This document shows, piece after piece, positions 29,741-44,179 of a stretch of 64,000 nucleotides of DNA. The notes beneath the pieces were generated by a model that was given only the letters and a program-made list of their open reading frames with translations, had not been told where the DNA came from and searched no databases. This DNA comes from the human T2T-CHM13v2.0 reference genome, Homo sapiens, in assembly GCF_009914755.1 (NCBI RefSeq), contig NC_060931.1. One strand, written 5' to 3'. The position numbers and the translations under genes were made by a program. Within the stretch, counting starts at the first letter, position 1, and every line of letters begins with the position of its first letter.

Positions 29741-31445
29741 CCACAGAAAGTGACATGAAACTTTGGAGGACATATAAATCCATAACTGCAAGCAAGTAAA
29801 TTTTAAAGGCATGTGGAAGGTTCAAGTTCTACACAGTGAATATAATCAAATTCTCAATCTGGGGATTTTTCTTAGATTTAAGAGCACAAACATATACTCC
29901 CTGAGCACCTTTATCTCTTCTACAGGGACCACAGCCAGGCCAAGTTCACTCCATCTTCATCCCAGAGGATAATTTGCCTCATGCCAGCATGAAGGACACC
30001 ATAGCATCAAGGATGAACTTACTCTGAATGACAAATAATTAAAACTTCCTGGCTAGAACAAGTCAACCACTGAATGGGAAAATTGTATATTTTTGTTGTT
30101 GTTGTTTGCTTGTTTTGTTTTGTTTGGATATGGACAATAGAATGGATCAGTAGGATCATTGCTATCCTGTACAAATGGGAGGAAAGAAGGTCTTGGAACA
30201 ATTGCTAGATATGTGTTCTGTTGATTTCATGAATAATTACAATAAGAATTTCACACTTTGTAATCACAAGCTTTTGAGTCTGTCCGTGAAAATGCTAAAT
30301 GCTTCTGTAAACGTAAAATGATACCACTTTTACTTTCCTGCAACTCCCAGCAATAACATGGGATGATTTCTGTTTCAGCAGAGTGTGTGACCAGAATTGG
30401 GGTTTTTTCCAGATGTGCATAGAATGGTTTCAATTACCTAGTGCCATGCCTTAATTTTTGAGCATCCCCTTGAACCTATTGGGTTTGGCAGTTCCAGCAA
30501 AAGCATGGAACTGTGGAAGGGGCTGTCCAGCCATTCAAGCTATGGTTTCACCATACTCACCATGTACTGGCAAGAACTAGCGTGTAATAGAATAGAAATG
30601 CTTATGTTGGGATGCAAGGCACCGAATAGCATAAATTCTAAACAAGGAGGTCTAAGGTTAAAATAATAAACTTTAAATGATGTATGCCACATGTGACATT
30701 TTGGTTCCAGATGTAACAAAACCAAACCAAAGTCTTTTGCTAGACAATTCTAAAACAATATTACTCTCCTAGGTTTCTGATTCTGATTTTGCCCAGTTGC
30801 TCACAGATTACACTCTGGCAAACTTGGAGACAACACAATACTGTTTAAAATACACATGCTGGGAAACCTGCATGATGATCTGCACTAAATCATCCCTGGA
30901 TTCTTTGTTACTGTGGTCACTTAACCATTTCCACAAATGTGGCATGGACTTTTTCTTCTGGAGAAAAATTTTAAATAATCACTATAAGTAAGTAGTACAG
31001 TGAACTCTCTCCCTCCTTGAATAAAACAATAGTCATTTGTTCTAAAATAATTGGCCACTTATCCCATATCTCAGCAATTTATAGCTCAACTGTCTAAAAC
31101 TGAAATTGCAACATTTTAATAGCAAATTACAGACTTATCAGTCATGGAAGAGTCCGGAAGTGGGTTCCAAAAAGTCCAAAGTTTGGTATACATTTCATAA
31201 CCCAGTTGAAAGATCCAATAGTCTTTTCTTCACTATTTCAAAATTCTATTTTTTAATTATTTTGAAAACTTTGAAGTACATATTCTATCTTGAAATGCTT
31301 CAACATTTATATCCTTAAGCTCTGGAGTATAAAACAATCACGGGAATAACTATTATTTAGTTTGGTGTTCTATCACCATGTCTTTGTGAGGAAGGTAAGT
31401 TATTGATAACCTTACTTCATTGTATTATAATAAGGCTAATATGGT

Positions 31446-31589
31446 AGCCAGGAATGGTGGCATGCACCAGTAGCCCCAGCAACTCAGGAGGCTGAGGTGG
31501 GAGGATCACATGACCCCAGGAGTTCCAGATCAGTGTTAACATAGAGAGACCCTGTCTCAAAAAAAAAAAAGAAAAGAAAAAGAAAAACA
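31446..31589 (+). mobile_element. FLAM (free left Alu monomer)
   Basis: Single ~115 bp monomer plus A tail. Degenerate TSD AAGGCTAATATG / AAGGCTGGTATG. Confidence 0.8.
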
Positions 31590-32654
31590 AAGGCTGGTAT
31601 GAGACCCAAGATCACACATGGGATTATCAATGAAATCAAACAATGGTGAGTATCTTGGGACCCGAAGTCCACCTTATTTGAAAATATAGTGATGGCTAAT
31701 TACTTTAGTTAAACTACATAATAGGTAAATTTGTTATAAAACTACTATATGAGATTGCCATTCCAAGATGGCTGAATAGGAACAGCTCCGGTCTGCAGAT
31801 CCCAGCATGATAGATGCAGAAGATGGGTGATTTCTGCATTTCCAACTGAGGTACCTGGTTCATCTCACTGGGACTGGTTGGACAGTAGGTGCAGCCCATG
31901 AAGGGCAAGCCAAAGCAGGGCGGGGCATCGTCTAACCCAGAAAGAGCAAGGGGTTGGGGGATTTCCCTTTCCTAGCCAAAGGAAGCCATGACAGATTGTA
32001 CCTGAAAAAATGAGAAACTCCCACCTAAATACTGCACTTTTCCAATGGTCTTAGCAAATGGCACACCAGGAGATTATATCCTATGCCTGGCTCGACGGGT
32101 CCCACGCCCATGGAGCCTTGCTCACTGCTAGCGCAGCAGTCTGAGATCGACCTGCGAAGCAGCACCCTGGCAGGGAGAGGGACGTCTGCCATTGCTGAGG
32201 CTTGAGTAGGTAAACAAAGCAGCCAGGGAAGCTCAAACTGGGCAGAGCCCACCACAGCTCAGCAAGACCCGCTGCCCCTGTTGACTCCACTTCTGGGGGC
32301 AACGCATAGCTGAACAAAAGGCAGCAGAAACTTCTGCAGACTTAAATGTCCCTGTCTGACAGCTCTGAAGAGAGCAGGGGTTCTCCCAGCACGTCGTTTG
32401 AGCTCTGAGAACAGACAGACTGCCTCCTCAAGTGGGTCCCTGACCCCCCTGTAGCCTAACTGGGAGGCACCTCCCAGTAGGGGCCGACTGACAACTCATA
32501 CAGGTGGGTGCCCCTCTGGGACGAAGCTTCCAGAGAAAGGATCAGGCAACAATGTTTGCTGTTCTGCAGCCTCCGCTGGTGATACCCAGGCAAACAGAGT
32601 CTGAAGGAGACCTCCAGCAAACTCCAACAGACCTGCAGCTGAGAGACCTGACTC

Positions 32655-34229
32655 CTTTTTTTTTAATTTTATTATTATTATACTTTAAGTTTTAGGGTAC
32701 ATATGCACAATGTGCAGGTTTGTTACATATATATACATGTGCCATGTTGGTGTGCTGCACCCATTAACTTGTCATTTAGCATTAGGTATATCTCCTAATG
32801 CTATACCTCCCTCCTGCCCCAACCCCACAACAGGCCCTGGAGTGTGATGTTCCCCTTCCTGTGTCCATGTGTTCTCATTGTTCAGTTCCCACCTATGAGT
32901 GAGAACATGCAGTGTTTGGTTTTTTGTCCTTGCAACAGTTTACTGAGAATGATGGTTTCCAGTTTCATCCATGTCCCTACAAAGGAGATGAACTCATCAT
33001 TTTTTATGGCTGCAAGGTATTCCGTGGTGTATATGTGCCACATTTTCTTAATCCAGTCTATCATTGTTGGACATTTGGGTTGGTTCCAAGTCTTTGCTAT
33101 TGTGAATAGTGCCACAATAAACATACGTGTGCATGTGTCTTTATAGCAGCATGATTTATAATCCTTTGGGTATATACCCAGTAATGGGATGTCTGGATCA
33201 AATGGTATTTCTAGTTCTAGATCCCTGAGGAATCGCCACACTGACTTCCACAATGGTTGAACTAGTTTACAGTCCCAACAACAGTGTAAAAGTGTTCCTA
33301 TTTCTCCACATCCTCTCCAGCACCTGTTGTTTCCTGACTTTTTAATGATCGCCATTCTAACTGGTGTGAGATGGTATCTCATTGTGGTTTTGATTTGCAT
33401 TTCTCTGATGGCCAGTGATGACAAGCATTTTTTCATGTGTTTTTTGGCTGCATAAATGTCTTCTTTTGAGAAGTGTTTGTTCATATCCTTCACCCATTTG
33501 TTGATGGGGTTGTTTGTTTTTTTCTTGTAAATTTGTTTGAGTTCATTGTAGATTCTGGATATTAGCCATTTGTCAGATGAGTAAGTTGCGAAAATTTTCT
33601 CCCATTTTTTAGGTAGCCTGTTCACTCTGATGGTAGTTTCTTTTGCTGTGCAGAAGCTCTTTAGTTTAATTAGATCCCATTTGTCAATTATGGCTTTTGT
33701 TACCATTGCTTTTGGTGTTTTAGACATGAAGTCCTTGCCCATGCCTATGTCCTGAATGGTATTGCTTAGGTTTTCTTCTAGGGTTTTTATGGTTTTAGGT
33801 CTAACATGTAAGTCTTTAATCCATCTTGAATTAATTTTTGTATAAGGTGTAAGGAAGGGATCCAGTTTCAGCTTTGTACATATGGCTAGCCAGTTTTCCC
33901 AGCACCATTTATTAAATAGGGAATCCTTTCCCCATTGCTTGTTTTTGTCAGGTTTGTGAAAGATCAGATGGTTGTAGATATGCGGCATTATTTCTGAGGG
34001 CCCTGTTTTGTTCCTTTGAACTATATCTCTGTTTTGGTACCAGTACCATGCTGTTTTGGTTACTATAGTCTTGTAGTATAGTTTGAAGTCAGGTAGCATG
34101 ATGCCTCCAGCTTTGTTCTTTTGGCTTAGGATAGACTTGGCGATGCAGGCTCTTTTTTTGTTCCATATGAACTTTAAAGTAGTTTTTTCCAATTCTGTGA
34201 AGAAAGTCATTGGTAGCTTGATGCGGATG
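32655..34229 (-). mobile_element. 5'-truncated L1PA4-like LINE-1 inserted antisense into the host L1 5'UTR
   Basis: Poly-T and reverse-complement 3'UTR at 32655, with an ORF2 C-terminal ORF at 32882-34210. TSD GAGACCTGACTC (32643-32654) / GAGACCTCACTC (34230-34241). Confidence 0.93.
32882..34210 (-). pseudogene. Uninterrupted 442-aa C-terminal fragment of L1 ORF2p (no EN or RT core)
   Basis: [17 protein letters not shown]...[18 protein letters not shown] (CCHC knuckle)...MFSLIGGN. Confidence 0.85.
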
Positions 34230-34524
34230 GAGACCTCACTCTCAGAAGGAAAACTAACAAACAGAAAGGAATAGCATCAACATCAACAAAAAGGACATCC
34301 ACACCAAAACCCCATCTGTAGGTCACCAATAACAGGCTCTGAAATTGAGGCAATAATCAGTAGCCTACCAACCAAAAAAAGGCCAGGACCAGATGGATTC
34401 ACAGCCAAATTCTATGAGAGGTACAAAGAAGACCTGGTACCATTCCTTCTGAAAATATTCCAATCAATAGAAAAAGAAGGAATCTTTCCTAACTCATTTT
34501 ATGAGGCCAGCATCATCCTGGTAA

Positions 34525-34620
<96 letters not shown>

Positions 34621-34623
34621 TGA

Positions 34624-34755
<132 letters not shown>

Positions 34756-34815
34756 TGATTATCTCAATAGATGCAGAAAAGGCCTTGGACAAAATTCAAC
34801 AGGCTTTCACGCTAA

Positions 34816-35076
<261 letters not shown>

Positions 35077-35201
35077 TGACATGATTGTGTATTTAGAAAA
35101 CCCCATCATCTCAGCCCAACTGAGCTAATAAGCAACTTCAGCAAAGTCTCAGGATACCAAATCAATGTGCAAAAATCACAAGCATTCTTATACACCCATA
35201 A

Positions 35202-35531
<330 letters not shown>

Positions 35532-35771
35532 TAGACAATCCTAAGCAAAAAGAACAAAGCTGGAGGCATCATGCTACCTGACTTCAAACTGTACTACAAG
35601 GCTACAGTAGCCAAAACAGCATGGTACTGGTACCAAAACAGAGATATAGACTAATGGAAAAGAACAGAGGCCTCAGAAATAACACCACACATCTACAACC
35701 ATCTGATCTTTCACAAACCTAACAAAAACAAGAAATGGGGAAAGGATTGCCTATTTAATAAATGGTGCTAG

Positions 35772-36104
<333 letters not shown>

Positions 36105-38478
36105 TAATATCCAGAATCTACAAAGAACTTAAACAAATCTACAAGAAAAAAAACAAACAACCCCATCAAAAAGAGGGCAAAGCATATGAACAAACACTTA
36201 TCAAAAGAAGACATTTATGCAGCCAAAATACACATGAAAAAATGCTCATCATCACTGGCCATCAGAGAAATGCAGATCAAAACCACAGTGAGACACCATC
36301 TCACGCCAGTTAGAATGGCGATCATTAAAAAGTCAGGAAACAACAGACGCTGGAGAGGATGTGGAGAAATAGGAACGCTTTTACACTGTTGGTGGGAGTG
36401 TAAACTAGTTCAACCATTATGAAAGACAGTGTGGTGATTCCTCAAGGATCTAGAACTAGAAATACCATTTGACCCAGCCATCCCATTACTGGGTATATAC
36501 CCAAAGGATTATAAATTATGCTACTATAAAGACACATGCACACGTATGTTTATTGAGGCACTATTCACAATAGCAAAAACTTGGAATCAACCCAAATGTC
36601 CATCAATGATAGACTGGATAAAGAAAATGTGCCACATATACACCATGGAATACTATGCAGCCATAAAAAATGATGAGTTCATGTCCTTTGCAGGGACATG
36701 GATGAAGCTGGAAACCATCATTCTGAGCAAACTCTCACAAGAACAGAAAACCAAACACCACATGTTCTCACTCATAGGTGGGAATTGAACAATGAGAACA
36801 CTTGGACACAGGGTGAGGAACATCACACACTGGGTCCTGTCGTGGGGTGGAGGGCTGGGTGAGGGACAGCATTAGGAGAAATACCTAATGTAAATGACGA
36901 GTTAATAGGTGGGGCAAACCAACTTGGCACATGTATACCTATGTAACAAACCTGCACGTTGTGCACATGTACCCTAGAACTTAAAGTATAATAAAAATAA
37001 ATAAATAAAAATAAATAAAAGTACTATATAATACAATAATAAAATATTAAAATACCCATGAGAAAGTCAGCAAGACTGTTCCTAAATCACAGGGTTATTG
37101 TATGCTAGGTGGCTAAATGCCTTTTTACTTCTTCAGTAAAACTACTTAAAGGCAAAATAATATACCATTAAAGCACAAGCAGAAGTGGAGAAATAAAAAT
37201 CAGATGCAATCCAGGTATATCCAGATGAAAGCTAAAGAAAGCAATGCACTGTGAGAGAAAAGCCAAAGGGAGTCAAATGACCACAGAATTTCAGAGCTGA
37301 AAGGATCTGAGAGCTCACCTATTCTACCCCAACATTTTACTTAATAAAAATAAGAAAAATGAGCCCCACGTAAGGAACTGGCTTAAATTGAGAACACAGT
37401 TGGAACCACAATCAACTTCCCTCCTCCTCTTTAAACAATGCTTTTTCTACTAGACCCAAGTCCCAAGTCTTCAGTTCCAGTTCTGGCCATAACACTGAAT
37501 TGTCTATGGAAAACACTAGGCAAATCACAGAATCCTTCCATATCTCTGATTTCTCCTCCGTAAAAGCAGAATAACATCAACCACTTATCGTCTTCATAAG
37601 ACGATTGTGCAATATTATGTTGACAATTCACATAATAAAGTCATACACTCAAAAGAATAAAAACAAAACATCAAAGCAATGTTTTTTAAGATTATTTGAA
37701 GTTACATGTGGATATGAAATTCTCAAAGTTCAGGGCCTTAAATAAGGCTGGAGTCAGTAAATCCACAATCCAGTCATAAAACAAAGATGTATTATACTCC
37801 TGCAAATGCTTTTCCAAAGTTATCCAAGTCAAAATAATCATGGAGAAGAAAAGAAAATCATGGCACCTAAATTAATAGGCACTAGACATTTGAAACAAGG
37901 AATTGAAATAAGTGTGCAAATTTAAATTGTGGAATTTTCCTTTGTGTTCTTCTCATAGTTATTCACGATACAGGCAATATCATTTGCAAGCAAAGATAAA
38001 CATTCTTTACTGATGCCAGGAAACATTCTTTGCAGCAAAAACTTACTAATGAATATCTTCTCACCAGTGGGCTCCTATCTCCTACCAAGAAGAAAAACTA
38101 ATTATTTTTCTTAAATTTGTTTCAATTTTTAGATTATATTTTCTACATTAAGCAAAAAAAAAAGACTGAAAGTCTATGAGCCCTTTAAATCATATTTTAT
38201 CACAATTTTCTTCACTTAATCATATTATAGGAGGAGAGAGACCATTCTTGATATGTCTTTATGAAAGATGGCAATATGTTATCACTTTTCCCTTCAAATT
38301 ATATTGAAGATATTGGCATAGAAATAGATTATTAGCTTATTCTATTATAATTAATGTGTTTATGATGACTAAAGAAAATAAGGGTTCTATGTGATCCTGT
38401 GATTTCAGTTATAACCAATATACACAACCAGTAAGTTCTTTAAAATCAAGGTTGATCAGAAATGACCCCATCACGTAG

Positions 38479-38889
<411 letters not shown>

Positions 38890-38949
38890 AGGGTGGACTC
38901 TTAAAGGTAGAGACCCTATGGTAAAGTAATGGAGACTAAAAGTGGGAAA

Positions 38950-39590
38950 GGACTTCTGCTTCTGGCAACAACAGAGAAACTTTTCCTCTTAAACAACCAT
39001 AGAACTTGACAAGACATATGAAATAACTGTTTTCAGATGTCAGACAATGGGCAAAATCTGATTCCTGAGAGAAGGAAAACAAACAAGGTGAGCCTAGAAG
39101 CACTTTACAAACCTCTGTATCGGGTGCTGATGAAACAGAGATCAGAATTCAGGGCCACTGAGACAGCTGGAATGCAGAGGACATGGTACAGGAGAGGAAA
39201 GGGTTGTGTAATCTGTTTGTACAAATACATAATTCCAAGTTGAGAAAAGTGATATAAATGAATGGATAAGAGATCCAGGAATCTGCATAGGAGACCCCTT
39301 GAGTCTTTGGCTGAATACTATGCAAGAGACGTGTTAAACAAGACTCCACAAAGCCAAGGAAAGGACTACAGGGGAGCTGTGGGCTGAACAACTATCAGAG
39401 GTCCCCCAGCCCTTGGAAATGTTCAAATTTCAACGTGTCTAAGTGGCAGCCTCAGTAAACACTCTCTGAGCATTCAACAGACCCTAGAAAGACCATGCCT
39501 TAGGAGGAAGACCACTATAGCCCTAGTAACGGTACTCTACAACACCTGCCCTAACAAAGTTTGAAAGACAAGCCTCAAAACGATCATACT
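38950..39590 (+). mobile_element. Ancient L1M 5'-end fragment
   Basis: GACTTCTGCTTCTGGC start and CCTGAGAGAAGGAAAACAAACAAGGTGAGCC motif. Confidence 0.55.
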
Positions 39591-39974
39591 AATGGCTGTT
39601 TGCCAAGCATACCATGTAAACCCCTAAGTAATACAGGGTGTTGACTACACTGTTTGTCATTAAGCGATGGCCAGTGTGTATTTACACTACGCTAGGTCAA
39701 ACTATCTTATTCCAGATCTGCAAGCAAAATCCTAAGTGACCAAGAAATGAACTGGATGAAAAATACATGTGGACTCTGTGTTTTCTCTTATGTGGTATTT
39801 TTCAAAACCAAGTCAGAAGGTCTGGTTTGCAAATTCTGCACATTCTTACGAGGAAATGTGAAATTAATTAGTGGAGTTCATTAAGCAAGCTTGAAACTTT
39901 TCTCGGTATCTTCACAAATCCCTCAAACACTCATTTGCACACCTAAACTCCTTTCTCCTAATAATACTCTCTTT

Positions 39975-40190
39975 TACAGTGTGCATTGGTGCGAGGCAAT
40001 GTGCTGAGTTCTTTACATGCATCATCTCATCTCAACAACTCTATGAGGTGGGATTAATATTACTCATATTTACAGATGAGAAAACAGAGGCTTGAGGAGG
40101 TTTGGTATAATGTGCTAAATGTCATACCGGATGGAGGAGTGTTTCTAACCCACAGATGCAGGATTCCAAAGCCAACCACTTATTCACATT
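39975..40190 (-). mobile_element. MIR
   Basis: CATATTTACAGATGAGAAAACAGAGGCTTGAG core. Confidence 0.7.
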
Positions 40191-41664
40191 CAACCAATAC
40201 TGAGGTTGAACATATGGAATCTACTCTCACACACTCTCAGAATCCGTTCCCACACAAAAATTCCCACAAAACAGCAATCAGGTAAGTAAATAAATGCCAG
40301 ACTTTCCTTTATGCTTCATGCCTGGTTCCTTCCTATTCCAGACAGCTGGAGCAAACTAAATTGTATAAATTCTTGTTTTGATATGGGCATGAGTGAGGGG
40401 ATATGGTAGCATTTTTAAATTATGGGGTCTGAATAACTTTGTTGTGGTATTTTTATCAGAAATGGCAATTTCCAAAGGAGGCCAAGTTCTTTGATACACT
40501 CTGCTCTAACCTCTCATCTATAATTTTACTCTAAACATAACTTGCCCTATTGGTTTGGCTAATAATTCAAAGATGCTATAGACATTCCTAAATGTTTAGA
40601 CCTTCATGAAAGACCTGACTCCTACAAAGGCTCACAATGTAATTTTAAACAAGTCAGTGATTCTTCCTGGGCCTCAGTTTCTTTGACTATAAAATAAGAA
40701 CTCTGAACTACATTGGCATTTCCTGAATTTCATACCACAAAATACCAGTGCTAAGAGATACTCCTCTCAAAAAAAACGGGTTCCAGGTCAAATAAATAGG
40801 AGAAAAGCTACAAACAACAACCCCATTTAAAGATTCATAATCCATTAACAAGGGATAACCTGTTAGCATATTAAAACCCCAGAAAAGTCCTACAGTAAAG
40901 AAACTTTAACTTCATTTAATCTCAACATTTCCAAATTTATTGGATCTGAAACCATTTCCTATGGAAAAAAAGTGTATAAGCATCTCATTGGAAGTAACCA
41001 TGTATTGATTACCTACCATGTGCCAGGACCTGCACTGGGTACTGCAGTGTCTCTAATATCATATTACATCAGGATATCACAGTATCTTAAGTGATACCAA
41101 TATAATTTATGAGATATATTATATATGGGTATAATATAATATTATACCAATATAAATTATATGGGTATAATTTATAATATAATTATACCCATATAATTAG
41201 TATCACTTAAGATGATATTTGAAGAATGAGAAGAGGTCTGCTATAAAGGGCAGGGGAAGGTATTCCAGGCAAAATACCAGCATCTGTGAAAACCTCAGGG
41301 TATGAAACTGCTTAACAAGTTAAGAGAATTGAAAGGACAGTGAGACAGATGAGGAGGTGACTCCAGGAGGGACTGGAGAAATTGGCAGGGGCCAGACATG
41401 CAGGGGTTCTGGGCCATATAAAAGAGGTTGGTTTTACTCTAAGTACAATGGAAAGTTTAAACTGGGAAGTCACCTGATAGAATGTTTTTCTGTTTTTTTA
41501 ACCAATTTTATTGTGTATATATTAAGTTTACAATATAATGTTATGGAACACACACAGATAGCAAATGGTTACTATAATGAAGCAAATTAACATACCTATC
41601 ATCTTACATGTTTACTTTCTGTGACAAAAGCAGCAAAAATCTACCTAACAAAAATCCCTAATAC

Positions 41665-43238
41665 TGTCACAGGATTCTTCGGGTGTCACTTCACCAGCCA
41701 GAAACATCTGTGGCCAGTGACGCCTTTGCCCAAGTTTTGCTCAGGCCTGCTGGGCTCATTCCACCCACTTGACCTGCCAGACTGCAGTCAGCTCATGCTT
41801 CTGGCCTGGATCCCATGCCTGCCAAGGGCAAGCAAGGCACAGAGCAGTGAGGGGTGTATGAGTGAGCGTGGGGTCTAACTACTGCGCACAGCCAGGCACA
41901 CTGGCGACTGCGGGACATGCAGCTCCAGGCACTGGCACAGGCGCTGGCTCCCTGCAAGCCTGCAGCTGGACCAGGTGTACTGCAAGCAGCTTCCATGGCT
42001 GGCACTGGGAAACACGGTGGCACCTAGAAGCTTGGAGACACCAGAAACCGCAGAGCCCTAAAGAGGGTGTCACAGTCATGGTGCAGATAGCTCCTAGGTC
42101 TGGGCTCCCTGAAGGGCTGCAGCTCTTCATTCTTCTTTCCTTCTTCTTACCCACAACATGGCAAGCAAGGGGTGTATTTCAGCCCTATTTGTGTTACAGC
42201 TCTTTTAGCCCCACCATTCAGTGAGTCCCAAGTTCTTGTCCTGCATCTAGGAAGAATGAGGTACACAGACAAGTGGAGGGTGAGCAAGGTGAAGAGGAGT
42301 TTTATTGGGTGACAGAACAGCTCAGAGGAGACCCACAGAGGGTAGCTCCTCTCCACAGCCAGGGTGTCCCAGTGAGTGTTCAGCTCTGAGCAGAGAGGAG
42401 ACCCTGGAGTGAGGAGCTCCTCTCTCCACACAGGTTGTTTCGTCATCTACTCAGCTCTCAGCAAAAGGGAGACTCTTGAGCAGGTAGCTTCTCTCCGCAG
42501 CTAGCCGTCCCATTGTATCCTCGTCTGGCTGAATCCAGGGCTTTTATGGGCCTCAGAGGGGAGAAAGTGCACACTGATTGGTCCATGGACAGCCATGAGC
42601 AGGCCCAGAAAAAGCACCACAAGTTCCCACTTCAGTACATGGGACTGGCAGCCCAGCCCCTAGGCTTCAGACCCTCCCCAGCTTGAAGTTGGGGCTTGTC
42701 AGGGGACCCACCCCCTTCCACCCAGGAGCCTGATGCCTCCTGCCACTGTTCATGGTGCCCAGGCTGCTCATGCTAAGGGACACCTGCAGGCCAGCACCAA
42801 ACTGCCCTCAGCCCCTCCTTGGCCTCCCTCCCATGCTCATCAGTGCCCAAAGTCCAGAGGGGGTGAAGCAGCAGGGGGCTGGTGTATCAGTGCTACCCCG
42901 AGCGTGCACATACCCAGCTGGGCTGTGACAATACCAAGGCTCAGCCCCAACCTTGCTCTGAAATCAGAGCAGGCACCAGGAGCAGTGAGAGTCCAGACAT
43001 TGGAAGCAGACACCCTGAGCCTGCAGGGGCACGGGAGCCTTCCCAGGCCCCCGAGAGTGCAGAGATGCCCAGGTCTGCAGCCGCAACTTGGGTAGCTGCA
43101 GCTGTGCCCAGAAGAGTGGGGCTCCTGCCTGCTTCCAGCCCTTGCTGGCTCCATGGAACATGCAGCCCCAGCAGAGCCTCCCACACTGCAACCAGCATCA
43201 TGGCAGCAGCCACTCCAGATGGGCCACTGCTGCCATCA
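41665..43238 (-). mobile_element. ERV1 solo LTR, MER52-family (~1.57 kb, GC-rich)
   Basis: The minus strand starts TGATGGCAGCAGTGGCCCATCTGGAG and ends ...ATCCTGTGACA, with an AATAAA on the minus strand near 42301-42306. 4-bp TSD ATAC at 41661-41664 and 43239-43242. Confidence 0.88.
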
Positions 43239-43418
43239 ATACAGTACAATTTTATTAACTTTAGTACTCATATTGTACCTTAGATCTCTAAACTTGTTCA
43301 TCCTACGTAACTGCTATTTTATAGCCTTTAACCTACATCTCCCCATTTCCCCGCCTCCTCCCCTCCACTCATGGTAATCACTGTTTCATTTTCTAACTCT
43401 GTGTATTTGAGCCTATAT

Positions 43419-43420
<2 letters not shown>

Positions 43421-43460
<40 letters not shown>
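43421..43460. repeat. (GT)20 microsatellite
   Basis: Perfect dinucleotide run. Confidence 0.95.
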
Positions 43461-43462
<2 letters not shown>

Positions 43463-43607
43463 TCCACATATAAAAGTGAGATCATGCAATATTTCTCTCT
43501 CTGCATCTAGCTTATTTCACTTAGTATAATGTCCTCCAGGTCCATCCATGTTGTGGCAAATAGCAGGATTTCATTCTTTTTAAGGCTGAATAATATTCCA
43601 TCGAATA

Positions 43608-44009
<402 letters not shown>

Positions 44010-44179
44010 TCAGTGATATGGGAGTGCAGATATCTTTACAAGGTGGTCATGTAGTCCCATTTATTTATTTCTGTTTTTGTTGCCTGAGCTTTTGGTAGAA
44101 TTTGTTTTTTAAAAGGTCACCCTGGCTATCCTATAAAGAACAGCTTGAAGGGGCAGAATACTTCGGAAGAACAAAAAGC

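Noticed and set aside
31154-31162. Perfect ETS/GABPA motif CCGGAAGTG
   Set aside because: Single 9-mer with no CpG island or promoter context, so plausible by chance.
41621-43377. Dense cluster of 75-133 aa ORFs on both strands
   Set aside because: All lie in or overlap the GC-rich MER52 LTR, where stop codons are scarce.
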